In this document: piece after piece, positions 1 to 11,033 of the stretch
Layout: each line of letters begins with the position of its first letter
How positions within the stretch are numbered: the first letter of the stretch is position 1
The notes under the pieces: generated by a model
The model's database searches: none
What the model was told of the DNA's origin: nothing
Seen by the model: the letters and a program-made list of their open reading frames with translations, nothing else
Program-made: the position numbers and the translations under genes
Origin: a virus
Lineage: Duplodnaviria > Caudoviricetes
IMG/VR virus record: IMGVR_UViG_3300016464_000352
Span: 1 to 54,692 of that record
Strand: one strand, 5' to 3'
DNA length: 54,692 nt

Positions 1-109
1 AAAGAATTAACAGTATTCGCGGAAACAGCTTCGATCAATGTCTCCATAGACTCGTACTTCTCCGCGATTCTAGCGGATATCTCCTCGTCGCTTTCTTCTA
101 CCTTCGGTG
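1..109. repeat. Perfect 109-bp inverted repeat, copy 1 (partner 36617..36725)
   Basis: Reverse complement of 1..109 matches 36617..36725 base for base. Confidence 0.95.
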
Positions 110-332
110 ACGCGGGAACTTCTGGTGTGCCAGTCCTAGTCGGGAATCCGAAACATCCTCTCTCTAATCTGTTATCTGATACTGTTAACCACTGCGGCCA
201 TAATATATCTCTCTCCGCCATAACAGTCCTTATCTGATCTCTCGTGATCGTTTCCTGTATCTCCGGGAATATCTCCATCGCTGCGTCTACGAATACTCTG
301 CGGTTAGCTGATAACTTCTCGTATGTGTACAT
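1..332 (-). CDS. AAA-type ATPase paralog, N-terminal part (runs off window edge)
   Basis: Manual translation MYTYEKLSANRRVFVDAAMEIFP...WPQWL...PKVEESDEEISARIAEKYESMETLIEAVSANTVNS aligns with 36406..37392; upstream TTTACA-N17-TATACT promoter. Confidence 0.85.
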   Translation of the reverse strand, partial: MYTYEKLSANRRVFVDAAMEIFPEIQETITRDQIRTVMAERDILWPQWLTVSDNRLERGCFGFPTRTGTPEVPASPKVEESDEEISARIAEKYESMETLIEAVSANTVNS

Positions 333-860
333 AATTTATCCTTTGCTTTTTGTTAACCAACGCCATCTAGTATACTGAAAATTAAACTGGATGTAAAGCT
401 CAATAAGCACAATCTACTGTTAGATTTGTGTTAGAAAAAGGATCTTTCATAAATTCATCGTTGTCCATTGTTACCACTTTCGGATAAATGCTACAGCTGT
501 CCTGCAAGGAAGCGCACCCATAAAAGAGAGAAAAAGATAAAAGAAAGAAAAGTCTGAAGAAGGGCATATAAGATAGGTGACACGATTTCTCCTATTTATA
601 AGTGATGCGCCAAGAATTATCTTGGCGCGGAAGGAAAGTAATCTAAATTTCTTTTAGTGGATTATATCCATATTCATCAGGAAAATAAGGATAAGTAAAA
701 TCTTCGTCCAGATAATCTTCATTTTCAATTTCATTGTTTTCCATAAAATTCTCCAATTTTAATTTCATCTTGATAATCCATTTCAGAAACAATTCCGTAG
801 GCAATCAAACAAATAACAATTAAAACGTATTTCATTTTAGTCCTCCTCAACTTCAGACAC

Positions 861-889
861 ATTATACCTTAGTTGAACGGAGAAGTAAA
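861..889 (-). promoter_or_regulatory. Sigma70-like early promoter (representative of many minus-strand copies)
   Basis: TTTACT-N17-TATAAT on minus strand; similar elements near 3420, 5920, 11990, 13600, 16255, 20195, 23325. Confidence 0.75.
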
Positions 890-1407
890 GCGATCACTCG
901 TTTTCTTCGACTTCGTAGATTATAGCGCACCAATAATTGTCTCCGTGTTCTTCCCATTGCCCCCATAATTTGTCTGCGTCGTTTTCAGACAAATTATATC
1001 CAATTCCTATCAAATGTTCTTCATAATAGAATTCAACCGTATGTAATTCTTTATCCATATTGGTTTTCCTATTAAATTATTGTATTAGAAAAATTTATTC
1101 ATGTAAGCATATACGTTAAGGAATCCGCAAATTGAAATAAGAATATAACAGAAAATGTATACTTTATGTTCGTATAATTCTTTATTTTGTTTAATATAAA
1201 ACAACTGATATGCGCTTAAACAAGCAACTATTAGATTCATTCACATCTCCTTATATTTATGAAACTCGGTATTAAGTATAACAGTATATGCTCTAAATAA
1301 TTCTATATGATTACCTTCTTTTGCATGTTTTAATTTTCTGGTAACATAATCAAATCTTTCAATTAATGATTCTGGAATTTCATATTTTATATTATTAAAT
1401 TCTTTTA

Positions 1408-1767
1408 TCATATTTTTCTACCAGCAGTGATTATTTCTTCGTTCCTTAATACCTGATACCCTCCTTTATTATATGCAATAGCAACTGTATAATTTTTGGA
1501 TATTTCTTTCTTGTAGGAATCGTCTTTTTTCAGAGCAATATGATCTGATGTTACTGATGGTATATGTTTAGTGGAAACTGCCCAGGAAGGTATATTCAAC
1601 CCTTGATACGTTTTCTTGGTTTTTGTCTGTTTATTTGGTAAACCCTTTCCGTAAATATAATTAAGATATTGTTCTTCTGTTAACTTATATTCGCCTATTT
1701 TAGCACGAAGGTTGTTAAATTTCTGCATTTCAATCATATCTTTTTTAGTCAATTTTTTCATATTCAC
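1408..1767 (-). CDS. Hypothetical phage protein
   Basis: ORF track; C-terminal YTVAIAYNKGGYQV motif resembles T4-like phage hypotheticals. Confidence 0.6.
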   Translation of the reverse strand: MNMKKLTKKDMIEMQKFNNLRAKIGEYKLTEEQYLNYIYGKGLPNKQTKTKKTYQGLNIPSWAVSTKHIPSVTSDHIALKKDDSYKKEISKNYTVAIAYNKGGYQVLRNEEIITAGRKI

Positions 1768-1990
1768 CTCAGGGATATTATACCGTAAAATTTGCTAGCA
1801 GCCTAGCATTTTCTTTACTCTAGAACATATATCTAAGAATAATTGCCTCTGAGCACTTGTTAAAGCAATATCATCTTGTAACCATAAAAGATCGTTTTTA
1901 ATTTTATACAATTCTTCGCAAATTTCTTCGGAGGAAAATTTCTGAAGGTTTTCTAACATTCTATCGGTATATTCTTTTTTCATATATTCC

Positions 1991-2242
1991 TCAGTTTGAT
2001 TTGTTTTTAGAAGAAAGAAGCTGTATATGTAATACCATATTTTCAACAACTAATTTAACAATGGTAGCTTTCATAACCATGGAACCATATTCTGGGTTAT
2101 TAAATTCTTCATTCTCCAGAATAGACATAGCAATTAACCTATAGGAATCTTCTTCGTTCATAGTCAACATACCCCAATCAATAGGGTCTGTTTTAGCAAC
2201 TTCCATAGCTAAATCAACTATGGTATCTATTTCTTCTTTCAT
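1991..2242 (-). CDS. Hypothetical protein
   Basis: ORF in co-directional run. Confidence 0.6.
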   Translation of the reverse strand: MKEEIDTIVDLAMEVAKTDPIDWGMLTMNEEDSYRLIAMSILENEEFNNPEYGSMVMKATIVKLVVENMVLHIQLLSSKNKSN

Positions 2243-2588
2243 TTAGATTTTAATTTCTTCGGCGTTATGTAAATTACAAAAACTTTTTATTATTGTTTCT
2301 TTAGAAATAAATCCATTTTCATCATAATATTCCTCTAAAATTTCTTTTTCAGTTATTGTAACATAATCATCATTTTCAATATAAGTAAATACCCTCATAA
2401 TAACCTCTAATTAGTTTCTTTCAGTAGTTTATATGCTCTATTGCATAAATCTTCTAAGTTAACATCTTTGAAAATCCAGACAAAATTCATATTCATTTCA
2501 TAATCAGCATATTCCCAGGCCTCGTGGAAATTAGGAAATTCGCCTAAATGAACAAGTTCGTTTGTATTTAATAAAGCATAATATTGCT

Positions 2589-2861
2589 TCATTTAAGTTT
2601 CTCTAAATCTTCTTTCAATCTTTCATGAAAGGTATCTTCACCATCATCTCCACATAGTAACCAATCAATCCTCTGAGCATATACCGCTGCTTTATGAAGT
2701 ATTTCTATAGCATTTTTGAACTCATTAATAGTTTCTTCCGAGTATTCATAAAAAGGTTGGGCGATTTTATTTTCATTATCGCGAACGAGTTGATTTATCT
2801 CATCCGCAATATGATCAATATTATATTGTTTATAATCAAAAAATCCTCCAGACAATTTCAT
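2589..2861 (-). CDS. Conserved phage hypothetical protein
   Basis: SGGFFDYKQY...RIDWLLCGDDGEDTF motif; ATGA overlap with next gene. Confidence 0.65.
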   Translation of the reverse strand: MKLSGGFFDYKQYNIDHIADEINQLVRDNENKIAQPFYEYSEETINEFKNAIEILHKAAVYAQRIDWLLCGDDGEDTFHERLKEDLEKLK

Positions 2862-2901
2862 CTCCTTTTATTTACCTTGTTATTGTAATCAGTGAACCAA
2901 A

Positions 2902-3177
2902 TTATAACATCTCTATATATTTAAGTTTTTTAGTTTCACTATCAAATACAACTTTCGCATTAGGAAAATTAGTAGGAAACTCAATATCAATAATACCACT
3001 GTCATTACATGAAAAACCTAACATAAATTCTTTATCTTTAGGTTTAATCCTATAAATGTCTTTATCAAACCAATGCGGACGTTCTGTATCTATCCATATA
3101 CTAGACTCAAGATCAAGAAATTGAATTTTAGCACCATCAGCCCAAGCATGAATCAACTCTGCATGTTTATGTTTCAC
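2902..3177 (-). CDS. Hypothetical protein, HKHA-x-x-I-x-AWAxG family
   Basis: Paralogous to 9027..9623 (N-term and YRIKP motif). Confidence 0.7.
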   Translation of the reverse strand: MKHKHAELIHAWADGAKIQFLDLESSIWIDTERPHWFDKDIYRIKPKDKEFMLGFSCNDSGIIDIEFPTNFPNAKVVFDSETKKLKYIEML

Positions 3178-3647
3178 TTGTTATCTCCTTCGTAAACATA
3201 ATTATATAATTCCATTGACGCTTTACTTTTACCAGCCCAATCTAAAAAATCTATAATACAATCTGCCGTCATTTCATTGACTTTACCATACCATTCATCT
3301 ACATGTTCGCTTCTGGAATCAATAAACTTTTTTACATCATCAATATCAATAAGGACTTTCATAATTTATTCGCTCCATTACCGTTCAATCAGACTATATT
3401 TTACTACAATCAAGCGCAAAAGTAAAGCGTGAATCAAATCCATGCTATTTTAATCTATATTCATAGAAATAATAAAATGAACCGGAACATATATAATTCC
3501 TTCTTCTCTGAATAACACGGAGCCATGCGATAGTCCTTTCGTCAACCCTCGTAGGATACCAAGCAAACCAGTCGAACCATTTATCGTCACCGTTATACTT
3601 TTGTCTTTCTTCAAACTTCTTTAAATATGCAGATTTCATTTTTATAA

Positions 3648-3815
3648 TCACAGTTTAATATCCCAATGCAAACCATCGTTAGTCGGTAGAGGTTGAGAGT
3701 TATAATCTTTAATAACTAACTCAGCAAACTGTTCTAGTTTTAGATAAAACTTTGAATCATAAGTATAATCAAATCCAACTTCGCGAGCCAATTCAAATAC
3801 TTTTTCTTTAGTCAT
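3648..3815 (-). CDS. Small FAEL(V/I)I-family paralog
   Basis: Manual translation MTKEKVFELAREVGF...EQFAELVIKD resembles 12022-13543 family. Confidence 0.55.
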   Translation of the reverse strand: MTKEKVFELAREVGFDYTYDSKFYLKLEQFAELVIKDYNSQPLPTNDGLHWDIKL

Positions 3816-3816
3816 A

Positions 3817-4038
3817 TTATTCTACCAATTCATATGTCTGTTCAAATATATCTGGTTTACAAGGGTAATGTTCTCCTTGAACTCCGGTGATAACCCAATC
3901 TCCAGGAGTAACAATATGTCCACCCTCTAGGGTATCAATCCATCCAAAATTACCATTATACGGTTTTACTTCGGGATGATCTCCCATCTTAAACCATTGA
4001 GCGGCTTCTATAACTACTGGTCTTTTTCTAAATTTCAT
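3817..4038 (-). CDS. Conserved phage protein (RKRPVVIEA...TLEG...YPCKPDIF family)
   Basis: Widespread phage motif; start reassigned to MKFRKRP. Confidence 0.75.
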   Translation of the reverse strand: MKFRKRPVVIEAAQWFKMGDHPEVKPYNGNFGWIDTLEGGHIVTPGDWVITGVQGEHYPCKPDIFEQTYELVE

Positions 4039-4307
4039 TCTATTTCCTCCCATGTACCCTTTTCCATATCCCAATGCCTATCATCGTGAAAATCTAACTC
4101 AATAGAGTATCCCATTAAACCAAAATCAAAACATATTCCAGCATGACTTTCTCTAATAGCCCATCTAAAATAAAAAGATAGAAAGGTATTATCTTTGATA
4201 ATTTCTATTTCTAACGTTTTGTTCTTTGATACTTTTATAGAGTTCTCGTAACAAACATCAAACCTGTTCATAAAAGGATTAGTAAAATTAAAACTAAAAT
4301 ATATCAT
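4035..4307 (-). CDS. Hypothetical protein
   Basis: ORF with ATGA overlap. Confidence 0.6.
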   Translation of the reverse strand: MIYFSFNFTNPFMNRFDVCYENSIKVSKNKTLEIEIIKDNTFLSFYFRWAIRESHAGICFDFGLMGYSIELDFHDDRHWDMEKGTWEEIE

Positions 4308-4507
4308 TAATAAGACTCGCTAATAAATATCATTCTTCTGGAATTGAATAATCCCAAGCTCCGCACACGCACTCGAAAGAACCTTTAGCAAAACATATAC
4401 ATATATGATATGGAATAGGCTCGTTATTGTCAGGGTCAGTTAACAATTGACCATCTCTAGCGTGATATAAGCGACCATCTATATCAATAGGTTCAATATC
4501 CATATAT

Positions 4508-4840
4508 TTAATTCTTTTTGTCGGCTTCTGCAAAAGCCCTAATAACTTTTCTGTTACCTACGAACCAAGATTTATTTCTCATTTTCATTGCTTTTCTATA
4601 TAAAAAATGACGTTCAATCAATCCCAATGAAGGAGTTGGAATAGTATGATTCAGATAATATCCATCAAACCAAAACCCACCGTTTCCAGTCCATAGGTTA
4701 ATACCAGTTTTTTTATGCTCTATACGATACTCGTATATTGACCATTCTTCTGGGTCGTTTAGATTATCCCATATTACTTTACCAACATCGCTAAGAATAA
4801 AATTATAAACAAATTTATCAAACATAATCTTAATATCCAT
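4508..4840 (-). CDS. Hypothetical protein
   Basis: ORF overlapping RNA ligase stop. Confidence 0.55.
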   Translation of the reverse strand: MDIKIMFDKFVYNFILSDVGKVIWDNLNDPEEWSIYEYRIEHKKTGINLWTGNGGFWFDGYYLNHTIPTPSLGLIERHFLYRKAMKMRNKSWFVGNRKVIRAFAEADKKN

Positions 4841-5870
4841 TCTTAATAAGAAACTTATTACTAATACACTTAAATGAAATAGAAGGGTCGTGGTAACATT
4901 TATAAACCAATCCTTCGCGTTCAGTATTAGGATTCAATTCTGATTTACCTTCAGCTAGTTCCAGTAGAGTATCAATAGTAAAATCTACAGGAATCTTATT
5001 CAACATACCAAAAACAGGAACATGTTTCAAATCTAGTATTGCTACCACTTCCTCTCTTGTTTTAGAATCAAGATACTCTGCGTTATCAATATCATATACA
5101 TCAAAGACGAAGAACTTCTGTCCCTTTATAACATACGGGTTTCCCTGAATACCTTCACCAATTACTTCACCTTGAATGGCGATATTCCTACCAAAGTTTT
5201 TTAACTTTTCCTCAACGTCATAAGCAATAGCCATTTTCCAAAAGGTATTATTCTCGTCATATTTTAGGTCAAGATTACGAGAACATACACCGAATTCACC
5301 ATTATTATAATACATAGTACAAGATGAACCGTCAAGTTTCTCGGTAACTTCCCATGTATAGTCCTTATAAGATTCAAATTCTTTTTTAAGATTCTGAATA
5401 CGCTCTTGGTCAGTTTTAGGAATAAATGATGGGAAATTACCTCTAATAACTCCAGCAAGACAAGCGGGAATAGGCGGTTCATACTTCTGAATGTTCAAAA
5501 TTGAAGAAACGTCGTCACCTACATCCCAATCAGTAGAATTACATTCTCCGTCATAATTGGTCATAATAACAGCATATGGAAGAATCAACCCTTGTGAGAT
5601 TTGCCCACGAAGTTTTACAGTACGCAGACGTTCACCTTTAACGCCATTATATTCCCTTGGCTCTTTACCTTTAGAAAGGAATGAAGCAATTTCAGTAGGA
5701 ATCCATGAATCAATCTCACAATATACTATGTAATCATTAACTACGAACTCATTTTTCTTAACAACTACCTTCCATCCGTCTACTACTGCTAATTCTATGG
5801 CGTCAGCATCAGGAATAGGAAGAATTTCAGCAATTCTACGAACAGTTGCCATCTTACGGTCGGTCATCAC
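4830..5870 (-). CDS. RNA ligase, Rnl2/DRB0094-like family with N-terminal OB-like domain
   Basis: Motif I TEKLDGSS, IQGE, FVFDV, EREGLVYK, SFKCISNKFL; N-term IPDADAIELAVVDGWKVVV. Confidence 0.9.
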   Translation of the reverse strand: MMTDRKMATVRRIAEILPIPDADAIELAVVDGWKVVVKKNEFVVNDYIVYCEIDSWIPTEIASFLSKGKEPREYNGVKGERLRTVKLRGQISQGLILPYAVIMTNYDGECNSTDWDVGDDVSSILNIQKYEPPIPACLAGVIRGNFPSFIPKTDQERIQNLKKEFESYKDYTWEVTEKLDGSSCTMYYNNGEFGVCSRNLDLKYDENNTFWKMAIAYDVEEKLKNFGRNIAIQGEVIGEGIQGNPYVIKGQKFFVFDVYDIDNAEYLDSKTREEVVAILDLKHVPVFGMLNKIPVDFTIDTLLELAEGKSELNPNTEREGLVYKCYHDPSISFKCISNKFLIKNGY

Positions 5871-6294
5871 GTTACCTCATTGATTAAATTTATAAGAATA
5901 TTATATTAAAAGTTTAGCGGAAAGTAAAGCCCTAGTCATTGAATATCAGCTTTATACCCTTACCATTGCTTGAGCATAACATATATCGTTGCCTGCTGTA
6001 ACAAATACTGATACCCCGCCTGATACTGTCCAACCTTCTTTCATAAACTGAATAACTTCGATTTCCAATTTAATCTTATTATAATGTTCTAGTATTGCGT
6101 AGGACGCTTCATGATTAGTCATACAAACCTCGCTCAAAACCGGCATTATCTTTTCCTCTATTGTATGCAACCATAATCAACCAGTATTCAAAATTATCCT
6201 GAGGTGTTATGATTTGTCCTCTGATGGTATTGCTATGGCGTTTATATAATTTGGTAGCAGTTTGATATATTTCTTCAAATAGTTCATCGTCCAT

Positions 6295-6600
6295 TTATCT
6301 TGATACTCCTTTTATCTCTTTGAATAGTTTAGGAACACAACCACCAAGACCAGATAACTCATTGGAAACCATCCAATCATAGACCTTTGATTCAAGGTCT
6401 ATAATAAGGTCAATATCATCATTTTCCCATAAAACGTCGCGCATATGTTTCTCAATACGTTTCTGGAATCGCCCAGATTCCGTCATATCTTCTTCTTCCA
6501 CATCAGTATTAAGATGAATAGCATTAGCAATACATACAGATAATGCTATATCTTCCGAGTATTCATCCTTAATCGCATTATATAATCTTTTGAAATTCAT
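6295..6600 (-). CDS. Hypothetical protein
   Basis: ORF track, TAATG coupling. Confidence 0.55.
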   Translation of the reverse strand: MNFKRLYNAIKDEYSEDIALSVCIANAIHLNTDVEEEDMTESGRFQKRIEKHMRDVLWENDDIDLIIDLESKVYDWMVSNELSGLGGCVPKLFKEIKGVSR

Positions 6601-6800
6601 TATTCTACCTTAAAATGTTGTTTTATGCTATCAACTAACCCTGAGCGATTAACTTCTAATTCAAAATTATCAGCAATAATCAATACTTCATTAAGTATCA
6701 ATTCGGCAAATTTTTCTGGATTTGTTTTAATGCCATGTGGAAACTTATCGGCTGACTGTTCCCATAATTCTAAGATTCTTTTGTTCAATATACTACTCAT
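6600..6800 (-). CDS. FAELI...IKQHF family paralog
   Basis: NKRILEL...EKFAELIL...IKQHFKVE matches 12022-13543 family. Confidence 0.75.
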   Translation of the reverse strand: MSSILNKRILELWEQSADKFPHGIKTNPEKFAELILNEVLIIADNFELEVNRSGLVDSIKQHFKVE

Positions 6801-6852
6801 TTATACAGACTTTTCAATGATTCATTAATATAATAATTATCACTCATATCAA

Positions 6853-7716
6853 TTACCTATCTTTCAACCTAGCAATGAATGCATGTTCGGATAGCTGTTC
6901 TCCATTCATCCACCATTCTTTACTTCCATCAGGATATACAACAGCTGGACCATCTTCACGATGAAGTTTACCGTTTATCCACCATGAGATGCTTCCATCT
7001 GCCCATTCGACAGCAGGACCATCTACTCGATGAAGTAGCCCGTTTAACCTCCATTCTTTATCGCCATTTGCCCATTCTATCGCAGGACCATCTACTCGAT
7101 GATTTTGATCGTTCAGGTACCATTGTTTCTCTCCGCTAGGATATTCCACAGCAGGGCCATCTTCCCTGTGGCGCTTGCCATTCAAACACCAAATTTTGGT
7201 TCCATCTTCACCCTCGATAGTAGGCCCATCTTCTCTGTGTGGTAGGCCATTCATCCACCATTCTTTACTTCCATCAGGATATACAACAGCTGGACCATCC
7301 TCTCGATGGCGTTTGTCGTTTATCCACCATGAGTTTCTTCCATCTGACCATTCGACAGCAGGACCATCCTCCCTGTGGCGCGTTCCATTCAGATACCATT
7401 CTTTATCGCCATTTGCCCATTCTATCGCAGGTCCATCCTCCCTGTGGCGTTTTCCATTCAGATACCATTCTTTACTTCCATCTGCTCCTTCAATGGCAGG
7501 TCCATCCTCCCTGTGGAGTTTGCCGTTTATCCACCATGAGTTGCTTCCATCTTTCCATTCCGCAGCAGGTCCGTCTACCCGATGGAGTAGCCCGTTCAAA
7601 TACCAAAATTTCTCTCCGTCAGTATATTCAACTGCTGGGCCGTCTACCCGATGGAGTTGATCGTTCAGTAGCCATTCAACTCTATCTTCTTCTACAATTC
7701 TGGTAGGTTCAGTCAT
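6853..7716 (-). CDS. HREDGPA 23-aa repeat protein (11 repeats, MORN-variant-like)
   Basis: Eleven HR(E/V)DGPA-x7-W-x2-NG units. Confidence 0.85.
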   Translation of the reverse strand: MTEPTRIVEEDRVEWLLNDQLHRVDGPAVEYTDGEKFWYLNGLLHRVDGPAAEWKDGSNSWWINGKLHREDGPAIEGADGSKEWYLNGKRHREDGPAIEWANGDKEWYLNGTRHREDGPAVEWSDGRNSWWINDKRHREDGPAVVYPDGSKEWWMNGLPHREDGPTIEGEDGTKIWCLNGKRHREDGPAVEYPSGEKQWYLNDQNHRVDGPAIEWANGDKEWRLNGLLHRVDGPAVEWADGSISWWINGKLHREDGPAVVYPDGSKEWWMNGEQLSEHAFIARLKDR

Positions 7717-8138
7717 CTTCTTTCTCTGTAGGCGTTAGTATTTAATTCTTTTTCAACCCAATAGAAATCATCCAGATTATAACCTTCTTCAATCCATTTC
7801 TCTCGCCTATTATAATCCCAGATATACTCTGATGCTAATCGCATAGAATTGAATACTTCCATTATTTTATATATTCCCTTTTCAACATTCTCATACATAA
7901 CCACATATACTTTCATAACATATCACCTATCTTTCAGCCTGACAAATACATCCTTGTTTTCTTCTAGTATAGTATCCAGTGTAATATACACGAACTGATC
8001 CCATTCTTCTGCGGTTATTTTACACTGAACGAAATAGTCATACATTTCATGGTAGGTTTTTATTTGTTCAGTAGTCATTTTACACCTCGCTGTTTGACTT
8101 AGGCGTATTATACCTGATCTTAGGATGAAAAGCAAGAA

Positions 8139-8378
8139 CTATCTTTTTTTATTCATAAATTTTTTAAACTCAGAAGCTGACATGAAGTATTCCATACATC
8201 TTTCTAATGCAGCAAGTAATCTCTCGTCCCTTTCCATAGGAAAACCGCCTTCGTCTGTATCTTCTATAAGGTTTCTCTCATACGCATCCATCAATTCATC
8301 ACATACGATTCTATCAATAGTATCATAATCCAACTTAAAGTATTTTTCTGTCATTGCTTTTTCCAAAAATAATATCAA
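8139..8378 (-). CDS. Hypothetical protein
   Basis: ORF track. Confidence 0.5.
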   Translation of the reverse strand: MILFLEKAMTEKYFKLDYDTIDRIVCDELMDAYERNLIEDTDEGGFPMERDERLLAALERCMEYFMSASEFKKFMNKKR

Positions 8379-8380
8379 GG

Positions 8381-8644
8381 TTAGTGTTGTTCTACAAAAT
8401 GTCTTTCTAGGTTATGTTCCTTTACATATCTCCAATGCTCATATTGATTAAAACTCGGAAATAATCCAGAAATAAACATTGTCATTACTAGTGATAACTC
8501 AAGAACGGTAATATCATCTTTTGGGTCATACCTATACTGTTTATCTTTATCAAAAATGTAAAGATCACCCAAATGTCTAGGATTAAAGTAGATTTTATAT
8601 TCAGTATCACTATTATATTCGCAATCAGTATTAGGGTTACTCAT
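8381..8644 (-). CDS. Hypothetical protein
   Basis: ORF track. Confidence 0.55.
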   Translation of the reverse strand: MSNPNTDCEYNSDTEYKIYFNPRHLGDLYIFDKDKQYRYDPKDDITVLELSLVMTMFISGLFPSFNQYEHWRYVKEHNLERHFVEQH

Positions 8645-8825
8645 TTCTTAATTTCCTCTTGTATGCGTGTATTGCCCTTTCTGATGGAGTAGTAGTCAAC
8701 AAATATACAAACGAAATGATATATACAATCAGAATTGGAGATAATACCCACCACCATGACCAATCAATATATCCCGTAAGTTTTAGTGTTATGAATATCA
8801 ACGTTAATACTTCTATAAATCCCAT
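8637..8825 (-). CDS. Small membrane protein
   Basis: LTLIFITLKLTGYIDWSWWWVLSP, two hydrophobic segments. Confidence 0.7.
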   Translation of the reverse strand: MGFIEVLTLIFITLKLTGYIDWSWWWVLSPILIVYIISFVYLLTTTPSERAIHAYKRKLRNE

Positions 8826-9026
8826 ATTATTTCACCTGATTTCTTTTATATGTAATACATTCGTGATGTGTAATATCATCACCTACTTGAACTTCTTCGG
8901 TACATGTCCAACTATTATGAAGAAGGTTATAGGACATAATCCAATTCATTAAAATCAAAACATTACCCAAAAGCAAGACAAAAAGAATAAAGGATATTAT
9001 CATGTTTTTGAATTCATAATCGCTCA

Positions 9027-9623
9027 TCATATTAACTCCACTGATTTCAGTTCTTGAGTTTGACCATCAAACGTAAATTTTACATTATCGAGATGATGTG
9101 GCGATGCTGATATTTTGATATTATCAACACTGTTGATATGTATATGGCAATACTTTACAATATCAGGTTTTGGTTTGATACGATATTCATCCCCATTATC
9201 AAACATACTTAATCTTTCACCACTACCGCAATCCATCCAACCAGCCTTCCATTTATACTGAACAGTTTCCCCTCTTAAATAAGCATCAATAACATCTTGA
9301 AACTTATGTGGTTTGATACGGTATTCATCCCCATTATCAAACGAGCTTAAATCTCTACCCCTGCTGCAATCCATCCAACCAGAGTTCCATCCATTTGAAC
9401 TATAATACTGAACAGTTTCCCCTCTTAAATAAGCATCAATAACATCTTGAAACTTATGTGGTTTGATGCGGTATTCTCTATTCAAATCCCATTCTGGTTG
9501 GCTATACGGAAAAGGAGCATAATCAATCCAACCAAAATTAGAATGAAACATTTGAATTTCCTTACCTTCTGCCCATGCAATAATAACATCTGCGTGTTTA
9601 TGTCTAGTCATAATTAACTCCAA
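9027..9623 (-). CDS. HKHA...AWAEG family protein with internal duplication
   Basis: YRIKPHKFQDVIDAYLRGETVQY present twice. Confidence 0.75.
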   Translation of the reverse strand: MELIMTRHKHADVIIAWAEGKEIQMFHSNFGWIDYAPFPYSQPEWDLNREYRIKPHKFQDVIDAYLRGETVQYYSSNGWNSGWMDCSRGRDLSSFDNGDEYRIKPHKFQDVIDAYLRGETVQYKWKAGWMDCGSGERLSMFDNGDEYRIKPKPDIVKYCHIHINSVDNIKISASPHHLDNVKFTFDGQTQELKSVELI

Positions 9624-9898
9624 GTTCTATGCACTTCATAGACCCATTCTCTACCATCATATCCGTTAATTCTCCAATCTACATCATCTGGCACTTCGAC
9701 AATCTTCAATTCAGCATAATGTCCCCAAGACTTTTCTCCTAGTTCTTCAACTACTTGGACAAGGTAAACGTCATCCCTGTCTATAATTCTAGCGTTTTTA
9801 CGGTCATAACCATTTAATTCATTATATCGTTTCAGAGCAGCGTCGGATAAATCAAACGCACCATAGCATGCATTGATAACTACTTTCATATTATCCAC
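9614..9898 (-). CDS. Conserved phage hypothetical protein
   Basis: KVVINACYG...LVQVVEELG...LKIVEVPDD...YDG-x-EW motif. Confidence 0.75.
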   Translation of the reverse strand: MDNMKVVINACYGAFDLSDAALKRYNELNGYDRKNARIIDRDDVYLVQVVEELGEKSWGHYAELKIVEVPDDVDWRINGYDGREWVYEVHRTWS

Positions 9899-10262
9899 CT
9901 ATAACTTTAATCTTGTAACCTAGTATCTTTTCTATTTCATTTACAGTAAGTTCTTTTGTCTTTGTTCTCTTGTTGAATTCTTCTTCTGATAATCGCAGAC
10001 CGTGTAACCGCCATTCTTTGCCGCCATCTGCCCATATAACAGCTGGTCCGTCTTCTTTGTGGAGTTTGCCGTTTATCCACCATGATATAGTTCCATTAGC
10101 ACAACGTACAGCTGGTCCATCCTCACGATGGAGTTTTCCGTTCAAATACCATTCTTTAGCGCCATCTGCTCTTTCAATGGCAGGACCATCCTCCCTGTGG
10201 CGTTTGCCGTTAAAATACCACTCAGTCTTATCTTCATCAACCTTTACTGTATATTCAGTCAT
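9891..10262 (-). CDS. HREDGPA repeat protein (3 repeats)
   Basis: Repeat units plus KELTV...LGYKIKV tail. Confidence 0.85.
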   Translation of the reverse strand: MTEYTVKVDEDKTEWYFNGKRHREDGPAIERADGAKEWYLNGKLHREDGPAVRCANGTISWWINGKLHKEDGPAVIWADGGKEWRLHGLRLSEEEFNKRTKTKELTVNEIEKILGYKIKVIGG

Positions 10263-10651
10263 GTTCGTTCACCTATAACTTTGATTTTGTAACCTAGTAT
10301 TTCTTCCAACTGGGCGATTGTGAGTTCTTTTGTCTTTGTTCTCTGGTTGAATTGCTCTTCGGAGACTCTCCAACCGTGCAGGCACCATTCGTTAGTTCCA
10401 TCTGCCCATTCTATCGCAGGACCATCCTCCCTGTGGTGTTTGCCGTTCAAAAACCATGCTTTGTCTCCATTTGCTCCTTCAACTGCAGGTCCATCCTCTC
10501 TGTGAAGATAGCCGTTCAAATACCATTCCCTAGCGCCACCATCAGCATATTCAATAGCTGGGCCATCAACTCGATGTAATTTGCCATCCAATCGCCATTC
10601 AGTTCTATCTCCGTCAACTTGTACTGTATATTTTATCATATTATTCACCAT
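10259..10651 (-). CDS. HREDGPA repeat protein (3 repeats)
   Basis: Repeat units plus KELTI...LGYKIKV tail. Confidence 0.85.
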   Translation of the reverse strand: MVNNMIKYTVQVDGDRTEWRLDGKLHRVDGPAIEYADGGAREWYLNGYLHREDGPAVEGANGDKAWFLNGKHHREDGPAIEWADGTNEWCLHGWRVSEEQFNQRTKTKELTIAQLEEILGYKIKVIGERT

Positions 10652-11033
10652 AATCTGTGTCTATAGTTTGAGGTCCATCAATTTGATACAGTAGTCCATT
10701 CAACCAATATTCTTTGCTGCCATCAGCCTCTTCTACAGCTGGTCCATCTTCCCTATGACGTTTTCCGTTCACCCACCAATGCATGGAACCATCTGCCCAT
10801 TCAACAGCTGGTCCGTCGGCTCGGTGAAGTTCGTCATTCAACCACCACGATTTGTCACCATCAGCCTCTTCTACAGCTGGTCCGTCGGCTCGGTGAAGTT
10901 CGCCGTTCAACCACCATTGCTTGCTGCCATTTGCCCATTCAATAGCAGGTCCATCTTCGCGATGACGTTTTCCGTTTAACCGCCATTCAGTTTTATCTTC
11001 AAAAACTCTTACTGTATATTCAATCATTATCAT
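10641..11033 (-). CDS. HREDGPA repeat protein (4 repeats)
   Basis: Repeat units; different tail PQTIDTDYGE. Confidence 0.85.
   Translation of the reverse strand: MIMIEYTVRVFEDKTEWRLNGKRHREDGPAIEWANGSKQWWLNGELHRADGPAVEEADGDKSWWLNDELHRADGPAVEWADGSMHWWVNGKRHREDGPAVEEADGSKEYWLNGLLYQIDGPQTIDTDYGE

Noticed and set aside
6879-10979. Plus-strand ORFs with AGPSSLW repeats
   Set aside because: Antisense shadows of the HREDGPA genes
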